Assembly (NCBI GenBank): GCA_965198225.1
Contig: CBDAOY010000007.1
Coordinates: forward strand, 832,001-896,000
DNA: 64,000 bases
From: Terriglobia bacterium
GTDB lineage: Bacteria > Acidobacteriota > Terriglobia > 20CM-2-55-15
Direction of reading: 5' to 3'
A program made the position numbers and the translations under genes. Shown piece after piece: positions 8,698 to 19,451 of the stretch (within the stretch, counting starts at the first letter, position 1; each line of letters begins with the position of its first letter). The notes beneath the pieces were generated by a model. That model was not told the origin of the DNA. It saw only the letters and a list, made by a program, of their open reading frames with translations, and did not search any database.

Positions 8698-11309
8698 CTA
8701 CTGATTCCCCTCCCACTCCGAACACCACGGGGCCATCGCGTCCAGCCAGTCCATCCCGGGATCGCCGATGGGCGCCCCCGGGGGCGCCGTCACGGCGGCA
8801 GGCTGCGTAAACGCTTCGGCTGGCCGCGAGAGGAACCGCTCGATGTCGGTCGCCAGCAGATCGTAGTGTGCGCGATCGGACGTATTCGCCCGGCCGGCGT
8901 CCGAGACGAGGCGCTGGCTGATCTCCTTCAACCGGTAGTTCGCGACCGCACGTACCTGCGGCATGCCGGCCCGCGAGGCCAGCGCCGCCAGCTCGTCGAT
9001 AACGACCCGCTCGACCGCTCGCCCGATCTCCGCCTCGTATTCGCTGGCGGGCTGTACTCCGAACGTGCCGGCCAGCAGTTCGCTGATCACCTCGTCCAGC
9101 CCGGGCAGGTTGGAGTCCAGGGCATGCTGCTGGACGAGTCGAGCGGCTCGTTGAGAATTCAAGATATTGCTGACGGCGATTCGAGACAGGGTTACCGCCG
9201 GCGACACGGTGTCGAACATCCTCCCAGTCTGACGCGGGAACATCTCACGGTGCGCACCGTAGCCGGACGGTCTGGGTGGCAGGTTGTTCAGCACGCTGTC
9301 GGGAAGAGCCAGTTCGGCCGGGTGGAGTGTCTCCATGAGTGCGGCGAGGATCTTCCGCTGTTCGCCGCCCGGGATTCTCTCCATCGGCGTCTGTCCGTCT
9401 CCACGTAACGCGTAGCTGTAGTAGATACCGCCCAGGCCGGATGCGGCCGCCTCGATCTGGTAGCGGTGGTGCAGGTAGAGCGGAACGAGTGCCTCCTCCA
9501 TCGTCGCCAGCGGCATGCCGAGTTTGATGGAGCGCTCGTCGAAACGATTCAACGCGGTGCGGCGCAACTCCATCATGCGTTCGAGCTCCACCGCAGCATC
9601 GCGACCGTTCGCCCACTGGTGTACCAGTGGATTGACCTGCAGATCCTGGTTACTCATGTAAACCATCCCGCGTGCCCGTGCGTCGGCGAGGATCTGGTCG
9701 AGAGCCGCCTTCTTGTCGGTGCCCTCGGGAAAGTCCTCGTAGGCCCATTCGACGAAGACGTTGTCCCACTCCCCGATCCCGACGTCATAGGCTTCGCTCA
9801 GGTCCAGGCTGCCGTCGGACTGTTGGGTGATGAGTGGGTGCGGATAATCCAGCACCGAAACCCGGCCCAGCGCGCTCGCATAGTAGTTGTGTCCGAATCC
9901 GAGGGTGTGACCCACCTCGTGCGCAGAGAGCTGTCGAATACGGGCCAGAGCCAGCTCGGCCAGCTCGGGCGGGGTCTCGGTACCGTTTTGGTATGGCGAG
10001 AGCAAGCCTTCAGCGATCAGGTAGTCCTGGCGGACCCGTAACGATCCGAGTGTGACCTGACCCCGGATGATTTCGCCGGTGCGCGGATCGGTCACTGAGC
10101 CACCGGAACTCCACCCGCGAGTCGACCGATGAACCCAGTTGATTACGTTGTAACGCACGTCCATCTTGTCGGCGCCTTCCGGCATGACCTCGACCTGGAA
10201 CGCGTCCCTGTAGCCCGCCGCTTCGAACGCCTGGTTCCACCATCGAGCCCCGTCGATCTTGTCGGCGCCTTCCGGCCCTCGACCTGGAACGCGTCCCTGT
10301 AGCCCGCCGCTTCGAACGCCTGGTTCCACCATCGAGCCCCGTCGAGCAGCGCCGACCGGACGGGCTCGGGAACGCCGCGATCCAGGTAGTACACGATGGG
10401 TTCCACCGGTTCGCTGAGCTCGGCGGTCGGATCCTTTTTCTTCAGCCGATGCCGCCGCGCGAACCGCTTCGTCATCGGTTGGCCCAGAGGTGTGGAATAG
10501 TCCTGGTAGGTGAGGGCTCCGACGCCGGAGCGCGGATCCGCCGGGCGGGGCTCAAACCCCGGTCCGGGCAGCTGCACGAGCGAGTGATGCTGTCGCAGCG
10601 TGACCGCGCTCGAGGTCGGCGTGACGGTGCCCACCCGGCTCGAGGGCTGATCGCTCGTGTAGGTCAGCAGGACATCCATCTCGGTGTTATTCGGGAAAGC
10701 CTTCGTATTGGCCAAATGAACGGCGCTGCGGGAGGCGTCGAGTTTGTAGGTCGCCTGCTCCCGTTGCCGCAATCGACCGATGACGTTGTGGGCGTCACGG
10801 ATCAGAAAACTGGTGGTGTCGACCAGCACGCGTCCGTCGGTCTCTGCCGCGACCTCGAAACCGAAAAGGACGGACTTTGCGAATCCTTCCTCCACGGCGC
10901 GTCGCTCGTCGGCGCTCTCGCTCGTCGCGCGGTACCTGTAGTTGGGTTGAATCATGAGGATCTTGGGTCCGACCCGTTGGAACGACACGATACGGGTACC
11001 TCCGGACTGGCCGCGGTCCAGGCCGATGTCGTTCGAGCCTAGACCGGCCGAGAGGCCGCGAACGTAGAGAACTTCCGTGTCGAAACGTGAAATCTCCAGC
11101 CAGAGCTTGCCTTCCGTCTCGTCCCAGTACATCGGAAAGAAACCGTCCATCTTTCGCATACCTGCGGCCTTCTCTTCGATCGAGGGCGTGTCTGGGTTGG
11201 AATTCCGGCCGGACTGAGCCGCCAGCATGGTGAACGAGCCCGCCAACAACGCCGAGATGACCGCTACGACGAGTCTGGATGAGATGTTTCGGTTGACCTC
11301 ATTGGTCAT
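8698..11309 (-). pseudogene. Exported zinc metalloprotease (DUF5117/DUF4953, EcxA-like), frame broken by ~90-bp tandem duplication
   Basis: 'AHEVGHTLGFGHNY' HEXXH; 'PIVYYLDRGVPEP'; ORF split at duplicated 10163-10255/10256-10344; probably intact if the duplication is an artefact. Confidence 0.85.
10163..10344. repeat. Imperfect tandem duplication (93 + 89 bp)
   Basis: atcttgtcggcgccttccggc...ccccgtcg repeated; second copy lacks 4 nt. Confidence 0.9.
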
Positions 11310-11438
11310 GGGGATCCTCCTTGCCGTGCCCGAACGCCGAGCCACGGCCGCAAGTTACAGGAACTAGGATTGCAAGGTGCTTGCTTCGAGCAAGAATTCG
11401 GGAAGCTTATATTAGTTTCTCGAGAAGCGTCAATCGAT

Positions 11439-11628
11439 CTGACCGCCCGGGCATCGAGACACTGAAATGGCGCGTTCCAGGGGTTTGAGGTAACATACCG
11501 GCAAAGCTGGCGCACAACATGTGTGCACCGGCAAGTTTCGCAAGTGCAAGATCGTGGGTGAGTTCGGGCTGCGCAGCACAGCCGAAATCACGCGACACGC
11601 CGTCAAATACGACTTCGTTCCTGTCTGA
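11439..11628 (+). pseudogene. Degenerate LuxR/NarL HTH relic
   Basis: Broken frames give 'LTAR..ETLK..QG' then 'KFRKCKIVGEFGLRSTAEITRHAVKYDFV*', like a LuxR C-terminus. Confidence 0.55.
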
Positions 11629-11730
11629 CCTGACGCCTTCCCCGACGGCAGTTCGGTCACACGCTCTAAACCTCATGCTAAGCGTGATGTAATTACAGTT
11701 TTTACTGTAGTTATAGTAAATCCTGCTGCC

Positions 11731-14700
11731 ATGGTAGGATGTCGGTATATGACTGGTACAAAAGCATCCCGAGGGACGACTCTGGCGATCAACGCTTTGT
11801 TCGTCGGCGGTGAGGAGAGCCAGGCCCGCCGGTTGGGAGGGCTCCTTCGGGAATCACTTGAGTACCGGTTCCGGATACAGCATTGCGCTCGACTGGAGGC
11901 GGCTCCTGAGGAGGCCGCACGATTCAGCGCGGACCTCGTCCTACTGGATCCGTCTTCGAACGGAATGGTCGACAAGGAAACGTTCCGCTCCGTCGTCGGG
12001 AAGCTTCCCGGAGTTCCTTTGGTCATCATCGATCAGGGCTTTGAGCGCTGGTTCGCGGACGAGTTGCCTTCACAATCCGATCCCTCCGAGAATGAACGGT
12101 TTGGCGCCCTCCCTTTGTTCCATGCCGTTAGAACCGCCGCCGAGCAGAAGAGGAGCAGGGTCCGTCTCGAGCAGGTCGAATCCAAGACGAAGATTCCCCC
12201 CTCCGAAGACGTCACCCGCATCGAGGGCGAGCTACGGAGGAGCGAAGAGCGGTATCGACTCCTGTTCGATTACGCTCCGATCGCGATGTGGGAAACGGAC
12301 TACTCGGCGGTCGCCGATTGGTTGGACTCGGTGCGACAGAAAGGTGTTGAAGATCTACTTGCCCATATCGAAAGCAATCCCGACGAGTTTCGGGCACTCC
12401 AGCAACCCAGGGCTCCGAGGCGAGTCAACTTGGCGACTTTGAGGCTGTTCGAAGCACAAGGTGAGGAAGAGTTCTTCGAGAAGATTCCGGTTCTGCCCCA
12501 ACCCGACCTTGCGCGCGTTGGCAAGGAGTTCCTTCTCGCGCTGTGGGAGGGACGAGATCATCTGCGGACCGAAGCCCGGGCTGTGACGCTTGGCGGCCGC
12601 CCGATCGATATCGTGCTCAGCATCAGGATTCCTGCCGGAGATCTCTCGCGCACCGTTCTGGCAGTCGTCGACATCACCGATGTCAAGCTGGCCGAGGAAG
12701 CGCTCCAGACGGCGAACACGTTCCTCGAAGAAGGCCAGCGCGTGGCCGGGCTCGGAATCTGGGAGTTCGACTTCGCCACTGAAAAGATCCGGGGCTCCGA
12801 AGAGTTTCTCCGGATGTACGGCCTGGAACCCGGTCAGGGCTGGGTCGAGCGGAACGCGACCCGGCAAGCCATCCACCCCGACGACCACCAGGTCGGCGAT
12901 CGCGCCTTCCGGCAGACCCTCGAAACCGGAAGTAGCGAGGCCGAGCACCGCGTTGTTCGGCCGGACGGCTCTATCCGCTACGTCCAGGTCCGAACGCGCC
13001 TCGAGAGAGACAGCGATGGAGCGCCGGCGCGGGCAGTCGGAGTTTCTCTGGACATCACAGAGAGGAAGGTTGCCGAGCGGGCGCTCTGGGCGAGCGAGGA
13101 GCGCTACAGGCTGCTCTTCGATGAAGCCCCGATCGCGTTGTGGGAATCCGAGTACTCGGGAGTCGCCGATTGGTTGAAACGCCTTCGAGCCGAGGGTGTG
13201 ACCGACATCGGCGGCTACCTCGATGACCACGAGGACGAATTGCTCGAAGTCGCCGGTACCATCCGCCAGGTGGCGGCGAATCAGGCCACCGTGAAGCTCT
13301 TTGGCGCCCGTTCGAAGCAGGAGTTGCTCGAACAGTTCCCCCGGCTTCGGCAGAATAGGGGACTCCACGTCATAAAGCACCTTCTGAAGCGGATGTGGGA
13401 CGGTCACACGACCGCCCAGCACGAGTCACCTGCCCGCAGGTTCGATGGAGAGGAAATCGAACTCTTCGCCACCTGGTCGGTGCCAATGGTCGCCGGGCAG
13501 CAGGATTTCACGAAGGCCATCGTCTCGGGTACCGACGTCACGGCGCGGAGGGTGGCGGAACGAGCCCTGGAGAAGAACGAACGCCTGCTGCGGACGATAA
13601 CCGACAACCTGCCCGCACTCATTTCCTACGTCGGCCGCGATCTTCGCTACCTCTTCGTCAACAGGGGTTACGAAGAGGTGTTCGGATGCCCCGCGGAAGA
13701 GATAGTGGGCAAGCACGTGCGGGATCTCCTCGGCCGGGAGTATTACAGGCAGTACGAATCCGTCATCTCGAGGGTCCTGGCGGGGGAGGAGACGACGTCG
13801 GAGGGCCGGCTCCGAACCGCATCAGGCGACGAGCGTTGGGTGATGGTCCGCTACGTCCCTGACTACGGGGCCGATCGAAAGGTTGTCGGATTCTTCACGC
13901 TGGTTTCCGACATCACCGAGCGAAGGCAGGCTGAGGAAGAATCTCGTCGCACCAAAGAGAGGAACCAGCGTTTCGTCGAGGCCAGTCCCGCGATGATTTA
14001 CAGCGCAAAGGCTTTCGGCGACACCAACGCCACGTTCATGAGTGAGAATATTCGGACATACCTCGGCTACGAGCCATCGGAGTTCACGGACACTCCCCGT
14101 TTCTGGAGGGACAACATCCACCCCGACGATTTCGACCGTGTCGTGAAAGAACACTCTCGCCTGTTTGAAACAGAAGCGGAATCGATCACACACGAGTACC
14201 GGTTCCGTCACAAGGACGGATCGTATCGTGTGATGAACGACAGCTTGCGCTTGATCCGCGACGAAGAAGGGAACCCGTCGGAGATCGTGGGGTTCTGGGT
14301 CGACGTCACCGAAGGGCGGGCGTTGGAAGAACGTTTCCAGCAGTCCCAGAAGATGGAATCGGTCGGGCGCCTGGCTGGCGGGATCGCCCACGATTTCAAC
14401 AACCTGCTTACCGTCATCGTCGGATACGTCGATCTGATGCGGGAACGCTTCGACGAGCGTGCGGCCCCGGAGTTGGTCGGGATGGAAAAAGCGGCGCGAC
14501 GGGCGGTCGACCTTACCAGCCAGTTGCTTGCTTTCAGCCGCCGCCAGCGACTGCGACCGGTCGTTCTCGACCTCAACGCCGTTATCGAAGAGCAAACTCA
14601 GATCCTGCAGCGCCTGATCGGCGAGGAGGTGGAATTCCGGACCCTGCTGGATTCGGAAATTGCACCTGTGAAGGCCGACGGCGTCCAGATCGTGCAGGTC

Positions 14701-15486
14701 TTGATGAACCTCGCCGTGAACGCGCGCGATGCGATGCCGAACGGGGGCATCCTCACGGTTGAGACGTACAACATGGACCTGTCGGGCGACGAAGCGGCGG
14801 ACCTGGGCCTGGATCCGGGCACCTATTCATGTTTCTCCGTCGGCGACACGGGGACGGGTATGGATCCAGAAATCAAGGCGCACATGTTCGAACCGTTTTT
14901 CACCACGAAAGATCAAGCTGCAGGAACAGGCCTGGGCCTATCGACCGTCCACGGCATCGTGCGACAAAGTGGGGGTGCGGTCGAGGTCGACAGCGCTCCG
15001 GCGGAGAGGACGCGGGTCCGCGTTTACCTGGCTGCGACGACGGAAAGCGTTCCGGCACGCAGGAATCCCGATCCCCTCGACCCCGCCGGAGAAACACCCG
15101 CCCAGACGATCCTGGTCGTCGAGGACGACGAGTTCGTCCGTCGCTTGAGCATGGAGATCCTGAGACGACGTGGATACCAGGTGCTGGAGGCGAGCAACGG
15201 TGCCGAGGCGATCGAGAAATTTCAGGCCGAAAACGGGATCGATCTTGTGCTGACCGACATCGTCATGCCCGGGATGCGCGGCACGGAACTGGCCGAACAG
15301 CTCAAGGAAACACGCCCCGGCATCAGGATCCTGTTCATGTCCGCATACACGGACGATCGGACCGGCGCAGCCGCGCTGGGTACCGACGCGCCCTTCATCC
15401 CCAAGCCCTTCACACCGGACTCCTTGATCCGCAAGGTTCGCGAGGTGCTCGACACGCCCAGCTCCAGGCGGGGCAAGGGAGCCTGA
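11731..15486 (+). CDS. Multi-PAS hybrid histidine kinase (CckA-like) with C-terminal receiver
   Basis: Several PAS/PAC units; 'GIAHDFNNLL', 'MNLAVNARDAM', 'FFTTK', receiver 'LTDIVMPGMRG'. Confidence 0.95.
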   Translation: MVGCRYMTGTKASRGTTLAINALFVGGEESQARRLGGLLRESLEYRFRIQHCARLEAAPEEAARFSADLVLLDPSSNGMVDKETFRSVVGKLPGVPLVIIDQGFERWFADELPSQSDPSENERFGALPLFHAVRTAAEQKRSRVRLEQVESKTKIPPSEDVTRIEGELRRSEERYRLLFDYAPIAMWETDYSAVADWLDSVRQKGVEDLLAHIESNPDEFRALQQPRAPRRVNLATLRLFEAQGEEEFFEKIPVLPQPDLARVGKEFLLALWEGRDHLRTEARAVTLGGRPIDIVLSIRIPAGDLSRTVLAVVDITDVKLAEEALQTANTFLEEGQRVAGLGIWEFDFATEKIRGSEEFLRMYGLEPGQGWVERNATRQAIHPDDHQVGDRAFRQTLETGSSEAEHRVVRPDGSIRYVQVRTRLERDSDGAPARAVGVSLDITERKVAERALWASEERYRLLFDEAPIALWESEYSGVADWLKRLRAEGVTDIGGYLDDHEDELLEVAGTIRQVAANQATVKLFGARSKQELLEQFPRLRQNRGLHVIKHLLKRMWDGHTTAQHESPARRFDGEEIELFATWSVPMVAGQQDFTKAIVSGTDVTARRVAERALEKNERLLRTITDNLPALISYVGRDLRYLFVNRGYEEVFGCPAEEIVGKHVRDLLGREYYRQYESVISRVLAGEETTSEGRLRTASGDERWVMVRYVPDYGADRKVVGFFTLVSDITERRQAEEESRRTKERNQRFVEASPAMIYSAKAFGDTNATFMSENIRTYLGYEPSEFTDTPRFWRDNIHPDDFDRVVKEHSRLFETEAESITHEYRFRHKDGSYRVMNDSLRLIRDEEGNPSEIVGFWVDVTEGRALEERFQQSQKMESVGRLAGGIAHDFNNLLTVIVGYVDLMRERFDERAAPELVGMEKAARRAVDLTSQLLAFSRRQRLRPVVLDLNAVIEEQTQILQRLIGEEVEFRTLLDSEIAPVKADGVQIVQVLMNLAVNARDAMPNGGILTVETYNMDLSGDEAADLGLDPGTYSCFSVGDTGTGMDPEIKAHMFEPFFTTKDQAAGTGLGLSTVHGIVRQSGGAVEVDSAPAERTRVRVYLAATTESVPARRNPDPLDPAGETPAQTILVVEDDEFVRRLSMEILRRRGYQVLEASNGAEAIEKFQAENGIDLVLTDIVMPGMRGTELAEQLKETRPGIRILFMSAYTDDRTGAAALGTDAPFIPKPFTPDSLIRKVREVLDTPSSRRGKGA

Positions 15487-15499
15487 GGCGACGGGACGG

Positions 15500-16933
15500 T
15501 TATCGGGGCCTGCGGATCGCACGTCCGGGATGGACGTTTTCGATGAACCTGGTGCCCCGGACGACGAAAGTACCGCCGACGATCACGTGAACGATGCCGC
15601 GCGACGCCTGCGCCGGTTCGGCGAACGTGGCGCGGTCCAGCACGGTCTTGGAGTCGAAGATCGTGATGTCCGCGTCCGCTCCCACACGGATGCGTCCCTT
15701 CGCCCGCATCTGAGGTACGGCCGTGGCGAGCCGCTCTGCGGGCATGAACGTCATCTTTCTCAAGGCCTCCATCAGGCTCAGCGTTCCCCGCTCCCGGACG
15801 TAGCGTCCGAGCACTCTCGAAAACGACCCGGCACCCCGCGGATGAGCCCGCCCGTTGACGAACCCGACGCCGTCGCTGGCGACCATCACGATCGGGTGCG
15901 CCAAGGCGGCCTCGACCGATTCTTCGGGAATGATGTGAAGGATGATCATCCCTCCCTGTTCCCGGTACCGGTTGAACGTCTCTTCGGTCGTCCTCTCGCC
16001 CGTCGCGACCCATTCGATGTCGCCGTAGTCGGCCCCGAGTCGCCCACGCCATCCCGGATCGAGGATTGCGGCGCGAATGTTCGTCGATGCGGCGGTGTAA
16101 GGGTAAACCTCTGTCGTGACGTCGAGACCCCGTGTTTGCGCCGTGTCGATCATCTCGAGCAACAGGGGGACCTGGCCGAGACCGCTGCTTCCGATGTGGA
16201 CGATGTGAACCGAGGCATCGGCCGCGGCCGCGTTGGCGATCATCTCCTGGACGGCTTCCACGCTGCTGCCGGGGTCGATCCGTCCCGCGAAGCGGACATG
16301 GACGAAATTGACTACCCCTTCTTCCGAAGCGACCCGGAACATCCGGTAGATCTCCTCCCGGCTCGCGCCGGGCACGTATTGGATGCCGAATCCGATGCCG
16401 AGCGACCCCTGTTCGAGCCCTTCGCGAAGCCGCGTCTCCATCTCCGCTATCTGGTCCGGCGTCGCGGCTTCGTATACCGCGTTTTCCTCGCCCAGGGCCG
16501 CAAGGCGCACGCGACCGTGAGAAACCGTCGCGCCGAAGTTGATCGATGCCCGGCCTTCCCGCTCGGCGTACCACTCCGCGACGGGATAGACGCCGCCTTC
16601 CAGTTCGAGCGCGGTTGTGACTCCGTCCAGCGCCTGGAGGCGGCTGCTGAAAGGATCCTGGCCGTGAGCATGCAGGTCGACGAATCCGGGAGCGACGACG
16701 AGGCCGGTCGCGTCTATAGAATCGTGCCCGTCGAGTGGGTCGACCGATATTGCCACAATTCGGCCGTCGCGGATGCCCACGTGCCGGACCGCGTCCAGGC
16801 CTGACTCGGGATCCATGACCCGACCGTTCGCGATGACGACGTCAAACGTCTGGGTCCGCAAAGCGAAAGAAGTTGAGGTGCCAAAGCACAGGACGGCCAG
16901 AATGGCCAGCCATCTGGAACACTGTTGAATCAC
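15500..16933 (-). CDS. Amidohydrolase, D-aminoacylase/D-glutamate deacylase-like, exported
   Basis: 'APGFVDLHAH', 'MVASDG', 'HPRGAGSFSRVLG', 'GADADITIFD'; signal peptide. Confidence 0.9.
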   Translation of the reverse strand: MIQQCSRWLAILAVLCFGTSTSFALRTQTFDVVIANGRVMDPESGLDAVRHVGIRDGRIVAISVDPLDGHDSIDATGLVVAPGFVDLHAHGQDPFSSRLQALDGVTTALELEGGVYPVAEWYAEREGRASINFGATVSHGRVRLAALGEENAVYEAATPDQIAEMETRLREGLEQGSLGIGFGIQYVPGASREEIYRMFRVASEEGVVNFVHVRFAGRIDPGSSVEAVQEMIANAAAADASVHIVHIGSSGLGQVPLLLEMIDTAQTRGLDVTTEVYPYTAASTNIRAAILDPGWRGRLGADYGDIEWVATGERTTEETFNRYREQGGMIILHIIPEESVEAALAHPIVMVASDGVGFVNGRAHPRGAGSFSRVLGRYVRERGTLSLMEALRKMTFMPAERLATAVPQMRAKGRIRVGADADITIFDSKTVLDRATFAEPAQASRGIVHVIVGGTFVVRGTRFIENVHPGRAIRRPR

Positions 16934-16948
16934 GCTAGCCTCCGGAAA

Positions 16949-18169
16949 CTAGTTCCTCGCCTGTGGCAGGTTCTTGTAGACCTTGCCGCCCTTCATCACG
17001 AACACGACCCGATTGACAGCGGAAACATCCTCGAGCGGGTTTCCGTCGAGGGCGATGATGTCGGCCTCGAAGCCGGCCGCAATACGCCCGATCTCCTCCC
17101 CCAGGTTCAAGGACTCGGCCGCCAGCGATGTTGCCGACACCACCGCATCCATCGGGTCCTGTCCCGCGTCCCGGACCCTGTAGATCAGTTCTTCCTGATT
17201 CCGGCCGAGGGCGCCGGCGACCGCATCGGTGCCGTAAACGATATTCGCGCCGCCCTTCGCCAGAGCCCGCTTCATCGTATCGAGAACAACGGGAACGAGA
17301 TTCGTCATCGAGGAGAACCCCTCTTCGGTGAAGTTTCCGATGCCGAGATATCGGTCCTTGTTGGAAACGTAGTTTTCGATGACGAGGCCGAAGTGCGGAT
17401 CCCAATAGGTGCCGCGATCGATCAGAAGGTCGATCACCTCGTCGCTCATGCTCGACCCGTGTTCGATACCGGTACATCCGGCAACTATCGCCGATCGGAT
17501 CGACTCCGACCCGTGTGCATGAACCACACTGCGGAGGCCCGCCTCGGCGGCAGTTCCGCACGCGGCGCTCATCTGTTCGTCGGTCAGCGTCGGGTCGCCT
17601 CCGTCCCTGGCGCTTTCGGAGCCGAATATCTTCACGACGTCGGCACCCTCCGCCGAAAGCTCGCGGACGAACGCGCGAATCTGTGCCGGGCTGCCCGTGT
17701 CGCGGGTGACGGCTTCGACCGCAGTCAGGACTCGAGGCCCTGGGAAGTTGCCCCGGGCGATTGCGTCCCGCACCGGTATGTCGTACGGGCTGGCGACGCT
17801 CTGGACGGTCGTAAACCCGGCCATGAGGACCGCGTACGCGTTTTCGACGGAATAGAGAATCTGTTCCTGGGGCGCCTCGTGGGAGTCGGGACCGTGCGCC
17901 CGCCCGTCATCGTCGAAATGACCGTTCAGGTGGATGTGTGTATCGATCAGGCCGGGAAGGACTGTCAGTCCACGCAAGTCGTACGTGGTGTCCTCGGCTC
18001 CTGAATCCGTTCCGACGATCCGTGAGCCTTCGACGATGATGTTGGTGTCGCGGATGATGTTGCCCGTGCCATCCAGGATGACGTCGGTTTTCAGGATGAT
18101 CTGGTCCTGGGCAAGACCCATCAAAGGGCAGGTCACAAGGATGAAAGCGAGGCAGAGAACGCGTTTCAT
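16949..18169 (-). CDS. Amidohydrolase (imidazolonepropionase/prolidase-like), exported
   Basis: 'LPGLIDTHIH', 'VVHAHG', 'IEHG', 'YGTDA'; signal peptide MKRVLC. Confidence 0.9.
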   Translation of the reverse strand: MKRVLCLAFILVTCPLMGLAQDQIILKTDVILDGTGNIIRDTNIIVEGSRIVGTDSGAEDTTYDLRGLTVLPGLIDTHIHLNGHFDDDGRAHGPDSHEAPQEQILYSVENAYAVLMAGFTTVQSVASPYDIPVRDAIARGNFPGPRVLTAVEAVTRDTGSPAQIRAFVRELSAEGADVVKIFGSESARDGGDPTLTDEQMSAACGTAAEAGLRSVVHAHGSESIRSAIVAGCTGIEHGSSMSDEVIDLLIDRGTYWDPHFGLVIENYVSNKDRYLGIGNFTEEGFSSMTNLVPVVLDTMKRALAKGGANIVYGTDAVAGALGRNQEELIYRVRDAGQDPMDAVVSATSLAAESLNLGEEIGRIAAGFEADIIALDGNPLEDVSAVNRVVFVMKGGKVYKNLPQARN

Positions 18170-18261
18170 GAATCCCTCCGGTCCGTGTCGGCTGGGAGTC
18201 CGACCGGCACGGTAGATTATAGTGAAACTGTAAGTGTTGCGATTCGTGATTTGAGGCACCG

Positions 18262-19077
18262 ATGCGTAGTGCGGAGTGGATCAATGTGACGTTTTTCCTG
18301 ACCCTGGTGGTGGGGGGCCTCCTGCGAAGCCTCCCACCGCTGCGAAAACGGAACATCTTCGCGTTCGCGGCTCTCGGTGTCGGCCTCGTGCTCCTGGGGC
18401 GCCTCTCGGCGCTGGCGCTGTCGCCGGGCTGGAGCGCCACCGTCAGAGACTGGCTTCCCGCTCCACTCGTGCTGGTTGCCTACTGGCAGGCCGGCCAGTT
18501 CTTCGAGAAGCCCTGGGTCGAACTGCAGGAACTCCTCGATCGCATCGATTCTCGATGTGCCGCCGCCTTCGCACCGCTCCGGCCCCTCGGAGAGTCGGCA
18601 TTCGTCGGTACCTATCTCGAGATCGCCTACCTGTTCGCCTATCCGACGGTTCCTCTGGCCCTGGCCGTTCTGTACGCGACAGGATTCAGCGACCATGCCG
18701 ATTCCTTCTGGACGAGCGTCCTGCTGCCGTCCTACATCTGCTACGGTGCTTTGCTGTTCCTGCCGACGCTTCCGCCGCGGCTCCTCGGTGGTGGAGACGG
18801 GGACCGGTTGCTCGCAACACATCCCGAGGAACATCGCGTCCTGAACGTTTGGCTGCTCGAGCGTTTGGGCATCGGAGCGAACACCTTCCCGAGCGGTCAT
18901 GTCGCGGCGACGACAGGAGCCGCACTCGCGATCCTGGAAGTGTCGCCCGCGGCCGGTGCGGTCTTCCTCTGGATCGCCCTGAGCATCGCCGTCAGCGTTG
19001 TCGTGCGACGCTATCACTATTTCGCGGACGCCGCCCTCGCGGCGGCTCTAGCGTTCGCAGCCTGGCTCGTGAGATGA
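18262..19077 (+). CDS. PAP2-family membrane phosphatase/phosphotransferase
   Basis: 'PTLPPR', 'NTFPSGHVA', 'VVRRYHYFAD' motifs. Confidence 0.87.
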   Translation: MRSAEWINVTFFLTLVVGGLLRSLPPLRKRNIFAFAALGVGLVLLGRLSALALSPGWSATVRDWLPAPLVLVAYWQAGQFFEKPWVELQELLDRIDSRCAAAFAPLRPLGESAFVGTYLEIAYLFAYPTVPLALAVLYATGFSDHADSFWTSVLLPSYICYGALLFLPTLPPRLLGGGDGDRLLATHPEEHRVLNVWLLERLGIGANTFPSGHVAATTGAALAILEVSPAAGAVFLWIALSIAVSVVVRRYHYFADAALAAALAFAAWLVR

Positions 19078-19087
19078 CTACAGGCCA

Positions 19088-19324
19088 CTACAGTGCGCTG
19101 GCGACGAACCCCTTCAGGATCTGGAGCCCGATCAGCAGGATCATCGGAGAGAAATCAAGGCCGCCCATCGCTGGCAGGGCTCGTCGGATGGGGTCCAGCA
19201 ACGGCTCGGTGAGCGTGTTGACGAACTGAGAGACAGGATTGTTATGCGGAACCTGCACCCAGGAAAGGATGACAGCGACGAGAACGACGAATGAGTACGC
19301 GTCGATGAGAGTCAAGAGCAGCAT
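19088..19324 (-). CDS. YggT family membrane protein
   Basis: 'ILSWV', 'TLTEPLLDPIRRALPAMGGLDFSPMI'. Confidence 0.92.
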   Translation of the reverse strand: MLLLTLIDAYSFVVLVAVILSWVQVPHNNPVSQFVNTLTEPLLDPIRRALPAMGGLDFSPMILLIGLQILKGFVASAL

Positions 19325-19451
19325 GTTTTCTATGATAACGCGGTAGTGCTACAGGCCACTAGCAAGACGCGGCCCGCTTGCAAACGTCGTCCAGCTTCTG
19401 TGAACATTGAAGCTCTCGATCGAGACAACGATGAAAACCCGAGGAGAACCC

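Noticed and set aside
19349-19362. ctacaggccactag resembling a family A MITE end
   Set aside because: Only about 13 bp match, with no partner end
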